Shown piece by piece: positions 1 through 10,149 of a stretch of 64,000 nt of DNA (the stretch's first letter is position 1; the number at the start of each line of letters is the position of its first letter). Both the position numbers and the translations under genes were made by a program. The notes under the pieces were generated by a model. That model saw only the letters and a program-made list of their open reading frames with translations, was not told the origin of the DNA and searched no databases. The DNA is taken from NCBI GenBank assembly GCA_964367235.1, contig CAYIXI010000002.1, positions 52,970-116,969 on the forward strand, read 5' to 3'. The DNA comes from an uncultured Chitinophagaceae bacterium (GTDB lineage: Bacteria > Bacteroidota > Ignavibacteria > UBA10030 > UBA8401).

Positions 1-713
1 AAAATTATTCTATCAATTAATTGTAATCCAATCCCAGATAATCCAACTGGAATGTATGGCAATCCAAATTTTAATAAATCTATGTAAAGAGATTTAGAAA
101 ATTTTAATTCAAAATTTTTAATAACCTCTGGCAAAAGTAAAACAAATGTCAAAACTGTTGAAGCAAGTGAACTATACAAAATTCCCATCACACCTAAATT
201 TAAAACAAATAGTGTGTACAAATTAAATATTACATTCGAAAATATATTTACAAGTTTTATCGCAACAAATATTTTAGATTTTCTTTCCAGTCGTAATGCA
301 GCAAAAGGCAAAATTGAAATTGTATCAAAAAATATTACAGCCGAGGCAATCAAAATCATTTCGGAATTATCAATTTGAATTACATCAGCAAAATATTTTG
401 AGAAGATTACTAAAATCAACGAAAAGAAAATCGAGGTAATCAATAAAGAAATAAATGAAGTTGAAAATTTTTCTTTTGCATCGCCACTTTCTAATTTCGA
501 AGCAAATCTAAAATACGACGACTCCATTCCATAAGTATAAATTATATTTAGGAAAGCGATGTAAGTAAAAATAATCGCAACAATTCCATATTGATTTGGC
601 GCAAGCGCGTGCGTATAAATTGGTACGAGCAAAAATCCGACGAAGCGGCCAACAATTGTGCTGATGCCGTAAATTAAAGTATCGGCGCCGAGCGATTTAA
701 TTTTTTCGAGCAT
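1..713 (-). CDS. Partial polysaccharide biosynthesis flippase (MOP/Wzx family), N-terminal part; gene runs off the window start
   Basis: Minus-strand frame from ATG at 711-713 reads MLEKIKSLGADTLIYGISTIVGRFVGFLLVPIYT..., a typical multi-TM MOP-flippase N-terminus. It is absent from the ORF track because the ORF is truncated by the window edge. It overlaps the nadC stop by about 17 nt. Confidence 0.6.
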   Translation of the reverse strand, partial: MLEKIKSLGADTLIYGISTIVGRFVGFLLVPIYTHALAPNQYGIVAIIFTYIAFLNIIYTYGMESSYFRFASKLESGDAKEKFSTSFISLLITSIFFSLILVIFSKYFADVIQIDNSEMILIASAVIFFDTISILPFAALRLERKSKIFVAIKLVNIFSNVIFNLYTLFVLNLGVMGILYSSLASTVLTFVLLLPEVIKNFELKFSKSLYIDLLKFGLPYIPVGLSGIGLQLIDRII

Positions 714-1605
714 AAGTTTCGATGATTTCGAGCGAAATATCAAGGGCTTTTACCGAGTGAGTGAGCGCACCAATTGAAATAAAATCAACTCCCGTTTCAG
801 CAATTTCTTTTACCGTTTGCAAATTTACTTTTCCCGATGCCTCAACTTCAAATTTATTATTTATCATTTGGACAGCAATTTTCATTTCGTCGATTAAAAA
901 ATTGTCGAGCATAATTCTGTTGACTTTTCCAATTGATAAAACTTGTTTCAATTGTTCGATTGAATCGACTTCAATTTCAATTTTTAAATTTAAATTTTTT
1001 TCTGATAAATAATTATTTACAGTTACGATTGCTTTTTCAATACTTCCAACTGCAGAGATGTGATTATCTTTTATAAGAACCATATCATCAAGTCCAAATC
1101 TGTGATTAACTCCTCCGCCGTGATGAACGGAAATTTTATCTGTTAATCGTAAAAGTGGTGCAGTTTTTCTTGTGTCGGTAATTTTTGCTTTTGTGTGACT
1201 AACTGCGTGAACAAATTTATGAGTTAAAGTTGCAATGCCACTCATTCGTTGCAAAAAATTAAGTGCAACTCTTTCACCCATTAAAATTCCACGCGTCGGA
1301 CCAATAATATTTGCAACAATTGTTTTATTTGTAATCAAACTTCCACTTTCAAAATCAATTTTAATTTCAATTTCATCATCAACAAGCGAAAATATTCTTG
1401 GTATAATTTCTATTCCGGAAAGTATTCCACTCTCTTTTACAATTATTATTGCGCGACTAATTTGATTTTCATCGATTGTAGATTCGCTTGTAACATCACC
1501 CATTCCAATATCTTCGCGAAGCGCATCTTCGATTATTTTATCGAGTGAGTTTTCAATCACTCTTTTTTTCCTCTTGCGATTTTGGAAGCATAATTGGAAT
1601 GTCAT
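697..1605 (-). CDS. nadC: Nicotinate-nucleotide pyrophosphorylase (quinolinate phosphoribosyltransferase). The true start is probably the GTG at about 1560 rather than the ATG at 1605.
   Basis: Conserved NadC core (LREDIGMGDVTSE ... HRFGLDDMVLIKDNH ... SGKVNLQTV). The N-terminal 15 aa of the ORF-track model (MTFQLCFQNRKRKKR) overlap a better-supported small ORF on another frame. Confidence 0.85.
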   Translation of the reverse strand: MTFQLCFQNRKRKKRVIENSLDKIIEDALREDIGMGDVTSESTIDENQISRAIIIVKESGILSGIEIIPRIFSLVDDEIEIKIDFESGSLITNKTIVANIIGPTRGILMGERVALNFLQRMSGIATLTHKFVHAVSHTKAKITDTRKTAPLLRLTDKISVHHGGGVNHRFGLDDMVLIKDNHISAVGSIEKAIVTVNNYLSEKNLNLKIEIEVDSIEQLKQVLSIGKVNRIMLDNFLIDEMKIAVQMINNKFEVEASGKVNLQTVKEIAETGVDFISIGALTHSVKALDISLEIIETYARKN

Positions 1606-1726
1606 CCACTACGGAGTAATCCTCGTTGCAATTTTTACAAATTAATTTATTTTCTTCCAATTTATAATTGAGTTCGCCTTTGCATTTTGGGCAACAAAGT
1701 ATTTCCAACAAATCTTTTGATAACAT
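1553..1726 (-). CDS. Trm112-like / UPF0434 (YcaR-like) small zinc-ribbon protein, 57 aa, not in the ORF track
   Basis: Hand translation gives MLSKDLLEILCCPKCKGELNYKLEENKLICKNCNEDYSVVDDIPIMLPKSQEEKKSD*. The two CxxC pairs and the DDIPIML motif are the hallmark of Trm112/YcaR. Its stop TGA overlaps a GTG (gtGAttgaa) in the nadC frame. Confidence 0.5.
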   Translation of the reverse strand: MLSKDLLEILCCPKCKGELNYKLEENKLICKNCNEDYSVVDDIPIMLPKSQEEKKSD

Positions 1727-1728
1727 AA

Positions 1729-2148
1729 CTATTTAAAATATTTTTTAAGTGTGTCGAGCAAACTTTTCGGCGCTCGAGTTGTTTTGTTATTTTTTAAATC
1801 TATAAAAGCGTGTTCCGTAAATCCTTCGGCAATTATTTTTTGGCTTCCATCAATTCTAATTTCATAATTCAATTTTATCCGAGCCATTGGCAATTCACTC
1901 AAAATAGTCTTCACTTCAAGTAAATCGTCATATTTTGCGGGTTTTTTATAACTTGCTTTAGCTTCAACTACAGGCAATGCAATTCCATTTTTTTCAATTT
2001 CACTATACGATAATTCAATCAAGCGAAAAAAATCCGAGCGACCTTCTTCGAAATATTCAAAATATTTTCCGTAATAAACAATTCGCATTTGATCTGTATC
2101 GGCGTAACGAACACGAATTTTTGAAATCGAAAATACTCCATCAACCAT
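1729..2148 (-). CDS. Acyl-CoA thioesterase, YbgC/4HBT hotdog family
   Basis: [34 protein letters not shown] matches the 4HBT/YbgC signature. ATG at 2146-2148 verified. The track's longer 2178 start would overlap accA. Confidence 0.7.
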   Translation of the reverse strand: MVDGVFSISKIRVRYADTDQMRIVYYGKYFEYFEEGRSDFFRLIELSYSEIEKNGIALPVVEAKASYKKPAKYDDLLEVKTILSELPMARIKLNYEIRIDGSQKIIAEGFTEHAFIDLKNNKTTRAPKSLLDTLKKYFK

Positions 2149-3091
2149 TCCAATGTCCCATTGTCGAATATCTTTCAATCCGATTCGAAATTAATTTTTC
2201 CGGTTTAATCTTTTTATATTTTTTTATTTCCTCAATTAAAATTGATTTTAAAATTTTTGCCGCTTGTTCTGGATTTCGATGTGCACCACCCAAAGGTTCG
2301 GGAACAATTCTATCAACAATTTTTTGTTCAACCAAATCTGAAGCTGTTAAGCGAAGTGCTTCTGCCGCTTGTTCTTTGTATTCCCAACTTCTCCATAAAA
2401 TACTTGAACACGATTCCGGTGAAATTACTGTGTACCAAGCATTTTCAAGCATCAACATTTTATCGCCAACACCAATTCCGAGTGCACCACCCGATGCACC
2501 TTCACCAATTATTACCACAATTATTGGAACAGGCAGATGAGACATTTCAAAAATATTTTTTGCGATTGCTTCCGCTTGTCCTCGTTCTTCCGCGCCAAGT
2601 CCAGGATATGCACCGGGAGTATCAAGCAAAGTTACAATTGGTTTATTAAATCGTGCGGCCATTTTCATTAATCGTAAAGCTTTGCGATAACCTTCGGGAT
2701 GAGGCATTCCAAAATTTCGATAAAGATTCGATTTTGTATCGCGTCCTTTTTGATGACCGATGAACATAACCGACATTTCATCAAGCATTCCAAATCCACC
2801 AACGATTGCTTTATCATCTCCAAAAAATCTGTCACCGTGAAGCTCGGTAAAATCAGTTGTCATCATTTGTATAAAATCTAAAGTGTAAGGTCTATCAGGA
2901 TGACGCGCAAGTTGAACTTTTTGCCAACGAGTTAAATTTGAATAAATATTATTTCTTAATTGATCAATTTTTTTTTCTAAAGTTTTTATTTCATTTCCAA
3001 TATCTAAACTATCAGAAAGCACTCGCATTTGTGCGATTTTTTCCTCTAATTCTATTATAGGTTTTTCAAAATCCAGTACAGCTTTTGCCAT
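2141..3091 (-). CDS. accA: Acetyl-CoA carboxylase carboxyltransferase subunit alpha
   Basis: Full-length AccA similarity ([19 protein letters not shown]... [18 protein letters not shown]). Confidence 0.9.
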   Translation of the reverse strand: MAKAVLDFEKPIIELEEKIAQMRVLSDSLDIGNEIKTLEKKIDQLRNNIYSNLTRWQKVQLARHPDRPYTLDFIQMMTTDFTELHGDRFFGDDKAIVGGFGMLDEMSVMFIGHQKGRDTKSNLYRNFGMPHPEGYRKALRLMKMAARFNKPIVTLLDTPGAYPGLGAEERGQAEAIAKNIFEMSHLPVPIIVVIIGEGASGGALGIGVGDKMLMLENAWYTVISPESCSSILWRSWEYKEQAAEALRLTASDLVEQKIVDRIVPEPLGGAHRNPEQAAKILKSILIEEIKKYKKIKPEKLISNRIERYSTMGHWNG

Positions 3092-3169
3092 AAAATCCTT
3101 TCTTTCAAATATTAAACTGATTAAATATACAAAATTCTACCGATTTTTAATTGATAAACTTCGGTTCGT

Positions 3170-4807
3170 TTATTTAAAAATGCGATTAAATAAATTTGAT
3201 TTTTTTAAAGTGAATGCGGCAAGTGGCAATTCATCATCTAAACTTATTTGAGATTGTAAAAATAAATCTTCGGAACTAATTGAAACTCTGAAATTCACAA
3301 ATCGAAATTTTGGATTTGTTCTCAACTCCATAATTTTTGAATATGGCAAAGTATCTTTCGAAATAATCACTTCCGAAATTCGATTTTGTTCAATTATCCT
3401 TTCAAGCATATCGAATGATCCGAGAATTTCAATATCATTCCACTTCGATCCTATTTTCTCAACTCCATTATCAACACAACCAACTAATTTAAATCGATGA
3501 TTTTTATTTTTATTAAAATAATTTAAAATTGATAAAGCCGATTGGTTTGTTCCTACTATAATAGTGGAGCTTTTAAAAAAGGAACTTTTATCAAATATTG
3601 ATTTAGAAAATATTTTTAAAGCCACTCGCCATCCCGGTATTGCAAAAAGTGAAATGGTCGCAGAAAGTAAAATAATAATTCGGCTGAATGCAAAATCTTT
3701 TACAAAAGCTGTAATAGTTGAAATTACTAAATACGAAACGAATGTTGCAGTAAATGCTTTTGAAGTTGAATGACGAGATACTGTATATGCTTGAAAATAA
3801 TACATCACTGTAACTAATAATATTATCGGAACAATATAAACATAAGGATAAGCGTAAACAGGAAATGAAAACAAACTTCCCTTTCTAATATATTCCGCCA
3901 AAATTATTGATAGAAAAACTAAAACTGAATCAATCAATACATCAACAAACATTTGAAAATATTTTGCAGTCGAACTTAAAAAATGTCGAACCAAAATTCC
4001 AAGCTCAATCATTTGCTCGAGTATAAAAGTTGATTTGTAATGTTTATGAAAAAATTTTCTCATCGCAGAGTAAAATACTTTCAACTCATCAATATTACTT
4101 CGTTTTGTACTTTCACCTTTAAAGTGAATAATTTGTGTGCTTGGTAAATAAATTATTTTCCATCCAATTTTTTTTATTCGATAACACCAATCAATATCTT
4201 CTCCGTACATAAAAAAAGTTTCGTCAAGTCCACCAACTTTTTGGTAAACTTCTTTTGTAATCATCATAAAAGAGCCACTAATTGCATCCACTTCGTGTGT
4301 TTCGTTCTCGTTTCGATAAGTCAAATTATATTCGGCAAACATTTTAATTTTTGGAAAAATAAAAGTCAGTCCCGATAATTTCGCGAAAGAATTCCACGGA
4401 GTTGGGAAACTTCTTCGACATCCCATTTGCAAAGTTCCATCAGGATTTAAAACTTTACATCCAAGCATTCCAACATCGGCGTGCGACTCAAAATATTCAG
4501 CTAATTTTAAAAAAGTATCTTCTTGAACAAGTGTATCGGGATTTATTAAAACTAAATAATCTCCTGTTGCAATTTTTAGTGCTTGATTATTTGCTTGAGC
4601 AAATCCTACATTCTCTTTATTTGAAATTAGATTTATATTCGGGAATTTTTCTTTTAGATATTCAACACTTCCATCAGTCGAGGCGTTATCAACCACAAAT
4701 ATTTCTGAATCGAAATTGGTAAGAGATTTTTGAATGGAATTAATCGCGTTGAATACAAAATTTCTTACATTGTAATTTACAATTATGATAGAAATTTTTT
4801 TCATCAA
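3170..4807 (-). CDS. Family-2 glycosyltransferase fused to a TM segment and a C-terminal domain resembling the CoA-binding/N-terminal domain of WbaP-type phosphoglycosyltransferases
   Basis: N-terminus ISIIIVNYNVRNF...VVDNASTDGS is a GT2 signature. Mid-protein hydrophobic helices follow. The C-terminal region (IIVGTNQSALSILNYFNKNKNHRFKLVGCVDN...ISEVIISKD) resembles the domain that precedes the sugar-transferase domain in WbaP/CapD-like proteins. Confidence 0.65.
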   Translation of the reverse strand: MMKKISIIIVNYNVRNFVFNAINSIQKSLTNFDSEIFVVDNASTDGSVEYLKEKFPNINLISNKENVGFAQANNQALKIATGDYLVLINPDTLVQEDTFLKLAEYFESHADVGMLGCKVLNPDGTLQMGCRRSFPTPWNSFAKLSGLTFIFPKIKMFAEYNLTYRNENETHEVDAISGSFMMITKEVYQKVGGLDETFFMYGEDIDWCYRIKKIGWKIIYLPSTQIIHFKGESTKRSNIDELKVFYSAMRKFFHKHYKSTFILEQMIELGILVRHFLSSTAKYFQMFVDVLIDSVLVFLSIILAEYIRKGSLFSFPVYAYPYVYIVPIILLVTVMYYFQAYTVSRHSTSKAFTATFVSYLVISTITAFVKDFAFSRIIILLSATISLFAIPGWRVALKIFSKSIFDKSSFFKSSTIIVGTNQSALSILNYFNKNKNHRFKLVGCVDNGVEKIGSKWNDIEILGSFDMLERIIEQNRISEVIISKDTLPYSKIMELRTNPKFRFVNFRVSISSEDLFLQSQISLDDELPLAAFTLKKSNLFNRIFK

Positions 4808-4810
4808 ATA

Positions 4811-5527
4811 TTATATTTTTCCGAAAATACTTTTTGTGCGAAGTTTTAAAACCATAAAAGCCGCTTCGTGTACAATTTTTTTAGACATTTTAGAAGTACC
4901 AACTCGTCTATCAATAAATATTATTGGAATTTCTGCAATACGAAATTTTTTCTTCCATGCCATAAAACTAACTTCTATTTGAAAAGCATACCCATTAGAT
5001 TTAACTTCATCAAGCTGAATATTTTCCAAAACTTCTCGACGAAAACATTTAAATCCACTTGTTGCGTCGCAAACAGGTAGCCCAGTTATAAATTTAGAAT
5101 ATTTATTTGCAAAATAACTTAGCAACAATCTTTTTATTGGCCAATTTACAACACTTACTCCTCCAACATATCGCGAGCCAAGAACTACATCGCAATTTTG
5201 AATTGTTTTTAAAAATCTTGGAATGTCATTTGGGTCGTGAGAAAAATCTGCATCCATTTCAAATATGTAATTATATTTATTTTCAAGCGCAAATTTAAAT
5301 CCCGCAATATAAGCTGTGCCAAGTCCATTTTTTGAAGCGCGCTCAATCAAATGAACTTTACTATTTTTCTTTTTAATTTTTTTTACAATCTCGCCAGTTC
5401 CATCGGGAGAATTATCATCGACAATTAAAACATCAATCATCGAATTTTGTTTTAAAACTTCCTGAATAATTTTTTTAACATTTTCAGATTCGTTATAAGT
5501 CGGTATAATTACAAGGGCTTTTTTCAT
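4811..5527 (-). CDS. GT2 glycosyltransferase, polyprenyl-phosphate sugar synthase (DPM1/ArnC-like)
   Basis: ALVIIPTYNESENV...LIVDDNSPDGTGEIV is a DPM1-like GT2 motif. The protein is 238 aa. Confidence 0.75.
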   Translation of the reverse strand: MKKALVIIPTYNESENVKKIIQEVLKQNSMIDVLIVDDNSPDGTGEIVKKIKKKNSKVHLIERASKNGLGTAYIAGFKFALENKYNYIFEMDADFSHDPNDIPRFLKTIQNCDVVLGSRYVGGVSVVNWPIKRLLLSYFANKYSKFITGLPVCDATSGFKCFRREVLENIQLDEVKSNGYAFQIEVSFMAWKKKFRIAEIPIIFIDRRVGTSKMSKKIVHEAAFMVLKLRTKSIFGKI

Positions 5528-6909
5528 TGTCCTCTTCCTCTAATCATTGTGTAAAAAGTGAAAAGCAAAATTTTTAAATCCATTTGCAGTGACATGTTTT
5601 CGATATAATATAAGTCAAATTTTACTTTTGAACGAACATCGTCAATTGAAGTATCGTAACCTTGTTTGATTTGCGCCCAACCTGTTATGCCAGGACGAAC
5701 TTGCAATCGTCTTTTATAAAGTGGAATTTCTTTTTCTAATTTTTCGATAAAAAATGGTCGCTCGGGGCGAGGACCGACAAGACTCATCTCGCCGCTTAAT
5801 ACATTTATAAATTGTGGGATTTCATCAAGTCGAGTTCTTCGTAAGAAATTTCCAACTGAAGTTATTCTTGGATCATCTTTTTGTGACCATATTGGACCAG
5901 AATGTTTTTCGGCATCTTGATTCATTGTTCTAAATTTGTGCATGAAAAACATATTTTCATCTTTCCCAACTCTTTCTTGATTAAAAACAATCGGACCACG
6001 AGAATTTATTTTTATCGCGACAGCAATTAATAACCAAAGAGGAAGTGAAATAATTAAAATTAAAATTGAAACTGTAATATCTAAAATTCTTTTTAAAATA
6101 ATTTCCCAAGGTTGTAAAACCAAAGGCATTATTTCTATCAATGGAAAACCATAAAGTTGATTAGTTCGCGCTTGTCCACTAATTATATCATACATATCAG
6201 GAATAATTTTCATGCTGATATTTGTCGGACACTTTGAAATTATTTCAAGCATAATTTTATGTTGTGTAGACTCAAGCGCAATTAAAACATGAAGAATTTT
6301 ATTTTGTTTAATAATTTTATTTAAATCTTCAATCGAACCAATATAATGTTTTTCATTTGTGTCAATCTTTTTTTGGAGAGAAACAATTCCAATAGTTTTA
6401 TATCCTAAAAGCGGAAAGGCATTTACATCATCAAATAATTTTTTTGATAATTTGGGAGTTCCAATCACAAGTGCATTTTCCAAACCAATTCCACGAAGAA
6501 GCAATCTTCTATTAATACTTCTGAAAATAAATCGTGAACCGCCAATCAATAAAAATAAAATTCCCCAATACATAATCATTGATGTCCGAGAATTTATAGA
6601 AGTTGCAACAGATGAATCTTCAAAAGCAATCATCGAATAAAAAATAAGTGCGCCAATTGTGAGCGCTTTAAAAACTGCACTTAGTTCATCTAACCTTGAT
6701 TTTAAATGCCATTTTCGATATAAACCTAAAAGTGAAAAAATAATTTGCCAATATAAATTCATCACAATCATTGGGAGTAAAAAATCTGGACGAATTTGAA
6801 ACTCGAACCAGCCACTTTGAATTTTGAACGCGTAAAATACACCCCATGAAACGATAAGAGAAATTAAATCGAGAATAATAATTATTAAGATTTCTTTTTT
6901 GATTTTCAT
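5524..6909 (-). CDS. Undecaprenyl-phosphate sugar phosphotransferase (initiating PGT, WbaP/WcaJ family)
   Basis: N-terminal TM helices, then a central Rossmann-like domain, then the C-terminal bacterial sugar-transferase motif ([24 protein letters not shown]). Confidence 0.8.
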   Translation of the reverse strand: MKIKKEILIIIILDLISLIVSWGVFYAFKIQSGWFEFQIRPDFLLPMIVMNLYWQIIFSLLGLYRKWHLKSRLDELSAVFKALTIGALIFYSMIAFEDSSVATSINSRTSMIMYWGILFLLIGGSRFIFRSINRRLLLRGIGLENALVIGTPKLSKKLFDDVNAFPLLGYKTIGIVSLQKKIDTNEKHYIGSIEDLNKIIKQNKILHVLIALESTQHKIMLEIISKCPTNISMKIIPDMYDIISGQARTNQLYGFPLIEIMPLVLQPWEIILKRILDITVSILILIISLPLWLLIAVAIKINSRGPIVFNQERVGKDENMFFMHKFRTMNQDAEKHSGPIWSQKDDPRITSVGNFLRRTRLDEIPQFINVLSGEMSLVGPRPERPFFIEKLEKEIPLYKRRLQVRPGITGWAQIKQGYDTSIDDVRSKVKFDLYYIENMSLQMDLKILLFTFYTMIRGRGQ

Positions 6910-8012
6910 TAGTTAAAATGATTTTCGATGATTGTTAAAATTCGCTCACTTGCATTCCCATCGCCGTATGGATTTTTATCAATTGATATTTTTGACTTGT
7001 AATTTATTTGATTTGAAACTGCATCGTATATTTTTTCTTGATTAGTACCGACTAAAATAGCGTAGCCATTTTGTATGCTTTCAATTCTTTCGGTTACATC
7101 GCGCATTACAATACAAAATTTTTCAAACGAAGGGGCTTCTTCCTGAATTCCACCAGAATCGGTTAATACAAATTCGCAATTTTTTAGAAGTGTTAAAAGA
7201 TTCAAATATGAAACTGGTTCCATAAGTAAAACATTTTGCAAATTTCCTAATGTTTTATTAACTGGTTCTTTAACATTCGGATTTAAATGAACGGGATAAA
7301 TAAATTGATATTCAGGAAAATCCTCCGCCGATTTTTTTATAGCTTCGCAAATATTTTTAAATCCATCGCCAAAACTTTCTCTTCGATGTGCGGTTATTAA
7401 AATAAATGGTTTCCTAATTAAAGAATTTGTATTTGCTAAATCATCAAGCGAATTATTTTTCGAAATAATTTTAAACGCGTCAACAATAGTATTACCAACA
7501 GTATAAATATTATTTTTATGAACTGACTCGCTGAGTAAATTATTTTTCGCCGAAAGAGTTGGCGCAAAATTAAAAGTTGAAAAAGTATTTATAATTTTTC
7601 TGTTTGCTTCCTCAGGAAAAGGAGATTCGAGATTAAAACTTCGTAATCCAGCCTCAATATGTCCAACAGGAATTTTTAAATTAAATGCACACATTGCAGA
7701 AACTGCCGCTGTTGTTGTATCACCTTGGACTAACACAACATCGGGATTATATTCATTTAATATTTTTGGTAATTTTTCAAAAACAGATTTTGCAATATCA
7801 TTTAAAGATTGATTCGGTTTCATTATTTCTAAATCAAAATCTGCGCCAATTTCAAAAATCAACAAAGCCTCTTGAGCCATAGATTTGTGTTGACCTGTAA
7901 GGCATAATTTGATTTCGATTGAATTATTAAAATCGGATTTCGCTTTTAAAATAATTGGAGAAATTTTAATAATTTCGGGACGAGTACCAGCAACAATTAA
8001 TATTTTTATCAT
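6909..8012 (-). CDS. wecB: UDP-N-acetylglucosamine 2-epimerase (non-hydrolysing), copy 1
   Basis: GHIEAGLRSFNLESPFPEEANRKI signature, 367 aa. Confidence 0.8.
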   Translation of the reverse strand: MIKILIVAGTRPEIIKISPIILKAKSDFNNSIEIKLCLTGQHKSMAQEALLIFEIGADFDLEIMKPNQSLNDIAKSVFEKLPKILNEYNPDVVLVQGDTTTAAVSAMCAFNLKIPVGHIEAGLRSFNLESPFPEEANRKIINTFSTFNFAPTLSAKNNLLSESVHKNNIYTVGNTIVDAFKIISKNNSLDDLANTNSLIRKPFILITAHRRESFGDGFKNICEAIKKSAEDFPEYQFIYPVHLNPNVKEPVNKTLGNLQNVLLMEPVSYLNLLTLLKNCEFVLTDSGGIQEEAPSFEKFCIVMRDVTERIESIQNGYAILVGTNQEKIYDAVSNQINYKSKISIDKNPYGDGNASERILTIIENHFN

Positions 8013-9211
8013 TTCAATTTAATTTGTTTTTCTAAAATAAGATTTTTATATAATTTATCAATACCACTTCCCATTGCTTCCACACTCCATTTATCACGAA
8101 CAAATTTACTTCCATTTGCACCAAGTTCGTTTCGTAATTTTTTACTATTTAACATTTTGATAATTGCATCACGCAATTGATTTTTATTCATTGGAGAAAC
8201 AAGAAATCCAGTTTTATTATTTTTTATAACTTCGTGCGCTCCATCGATGTCGAAAGAAATAACTCCCTTTTTCATCAGTAATGATTGAGGCAATACTCTG
8301 GCCAATCCTTCAAGTAGCGATGTGTGAACAACAATATCCATCATTGCAATCATATCTGGAATTTGGTTTTGTGGAATAAGTCCAGTAAATATTACATTGG
8401 ATAAAATATTTCTTTTTTCAACTTCAAGTCTAAATATATTTTCTAATTCGCCACTCCCGACAAACACAAATTTTGCATTTGGAAATAATTTTACAATTTC
8501 TGGAATAACTTCAATTAAATATTCATGCCCTTTTAATGGAGAAAATCTTGCAATTTTTCCAATCACCAAATCATCTTTTGAAATCCCAAATCTTTTGCGA
8601 ATTTCTTCATTCGATTTTTGAAGTTTGAGATAATTCCCTACTTCAAATCCACTACGGACCGTAACAAATTTATTTTCAAGAGCAATATTTTCCTTTAAAC
8701 ATTTTTGAATTATTGTATCAGAAACTGTAATAATTTTATCAGAAATTTTAGCGCTTAACTTTTCGACAAAGATAAATATATTTTTTAACGATTTGCCTTG
8801 ATACTCGTGAAAAGGTAATCCATGAATTGTGTGAATTATTATCGGGACACCAGCAAAGTACGCCGCCAATCTTCCTAAAAATCCAGCTTTAGAGCTATGA
8901 GTGTGAACAATTTGAAATTTATTTTTTCTCAAAAATATAAATATTTTTAGTAACGCAACTAAATCGTAAAATGGATGGATGCTCTTTTGCAATTGTTTTA
9001 AAATCGTAACTCGAATATTATTATTTTTTGCTCTATCAAATAAACTCCCCTCGCTTTCAATATTTTCTCCAGTCAAAATCGAAACATCGTAGCCCAGTTC
9101 CTGTAAATACTCAACAGATAAAAGGGTATTTTCGGTTGCGCCACCAATACTGAAAACAGTAATTATATGTAAAACTTTAATTTTTTCTCTATTTATTTTT
9201 TGCTGTGTCAT
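8009..9211 (-). CDS. GT4 (group 1) glycosyltransferase
   Basis: GT-B architecture with a C-terminal EX7E-type region (FVGSGELEN...GLARVLPQSL), 400 aa. Confidence 0.75.
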   Translation of the reverse strand: MTQQKINREKIKVLHIITVFSIGGATENTLLSVEYLQELGYDVSILTGENIESEGSLFDRAKNNNIRVTILKQLQKSIHPFYDLVALLKIFIFLRKNKFQIVHTHSSKAGFLGRLAAYFAGVPIIIHTIHGLPFHEYQGKSLKNIFIFVEKLSAKISDKIITVSDTIIQKCLKENIALENKFVTVRSGFEVGNYLKLQKSNEEIRKRFGISKDDLVIGKIARFSPLKGHEYLIEVIPEIVKLFPNAKFVFVGSGELENIFRLEVEKRNILSNVIFTGLIPQNQIPDMIAMMDIVVHTSLLEGLARVLPQSLLMKKGVISFDIDGAHEVIKNNKTGFLVSPMNKNQLRDAIIKMLNSKKLRNELGANGSKFVRDKWSVEAMGSGIDKLYKNLILEKQIKLK

Positions 9212-10149
9212 TAAAAATTATTTTTTTGAATCCAATTAATTGTTTTCTTAAGTCCATCAATAAAATTTACTTTTGGTTCGTAATTTAAAATATTTTTTGC
9301 AAGTGAGATATCGGCATAAGAATGTTTTACATCTCCTGTTCTTTCATTTTGAAAAGTTGGTTTGATGTTTTTTAAAAGGATGGAATTAATTGCATCAACT
9401 AATTCTATCAAATTGTGCGAATCATTGCATGCGATATTAATTACTTCTCCATTTGTTTTTTCGATTTCAGTTGCCATAATATTTGCTTCAACAATATTAT
9501 CAACATAACTAAAATCGCGAGACTGCAATCCATCTCCAAAAATAATCGGACTTTCATCTTTTATAATTGCTTTAATAAATTTTGGTATCACAGCAGAATA
9601 CTGCGAATAAGGATTTTGGTTTGGACCAAACACATTAAAATATCTCAAGCAAATAGTTTCAAGATTGAATAGATTTGAAAATACTTTTGCATAATTTTCG
9701 CCAGTTAATTTTGAAACTGCGTAAGGAGAAAGTGGCATCGTTTGATGCTCTTCTTTTTTTGGAAGTATTTTAGAATTTCCATAAACCGAAGATGACGAAG
9801 CGATTACAACTCGCTTAACCGATTCATCTTTACTTGCAACTAAAACATTTAAAGTGCCGGAAATATTTACATCGTTTGAATTAATTGGTTGCTCAATTGA
9901 ACGAGGAACACTTGGCAACGCACCTTGATGAAGTACATAATCAACTCCTTTAATTGCAAGTCGAACAGTTTCTAAATCGGTCAAACTTCCCTCAATCAAT
10001 TTAATTTTATTTTCAAATGGAAGAAGATTTTCTCTTTTGCCAGTTGCAAAATTATCTAAAACTCGCACTTCGTTACCCAACTCTAAAAGTTTGGCAACAA
10101 TATTTGAACCAATAAATCCGGCTCCACCGGTAACTAAATATTTTTTCAT
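9211..10149 (-). CDS. NAD-dependent nucleotide-sugar epimerase/dehydratase (SDR family; WbpP/Gne-like 4-epimerase or UDP-uronate epimerase)
   Basis: GGAGFIGSNIV Rossmann motif and YAVSK catalytic YxxxK, 312 aa. Confidence 0.75.
   Translation of the reverse strand: MKKYLVTGGAGFIGSNIVAKLLELGNEVRVLDNFATGKRENLLPFENKIKLIEGSLTDLETVRLAIKGVDYVLHQGALPSVPRSIEQPINSNDVNISGTLNVLVASKDESVKRVVIASSSSVYGNSKILPKKEEHQTMPLSPYAVSKLTGENYAKVFSNLFNLETICLRYFNVFGPNQNPYSQYSAVIPKFIKAIIKDESPIIFGDGLQSRDFSYVDNIVEANIMATEIEKTNGEVINIACNDSHNLIELVDAINSILLKNIKPTFQNERTGDVKHSYADISLAKNILNYEPKVNFIDGLKKTINWIQKNNF

Noticed and set aside
1977-2649. Long plus-strand ORFs (1977-2540, 2242-2649) antisense to the thioesterase/accA genes
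   Set aside because: They fully overlap well-conserved minus-strand genes and have low-complexity composition. These are typical spurious antisense ORFs in AT-rich DNA. The same applies to 19993-20406(+), 20968-21309(-), 22429-22824(+), 41845-42252(-), 42814-43380(+), 56232-56606(-) and 60404-60775(-).
3092-3169. Hairpin ATAAAC-ttcggttc-GTTTAT between the GT2 gene and accA as a terminator
   Set aside because: No U-tract on the relevant (minus) strand and the flanking genes are only 78 bp apart and co-directional. More likely fortuitous or a weak attenuator.
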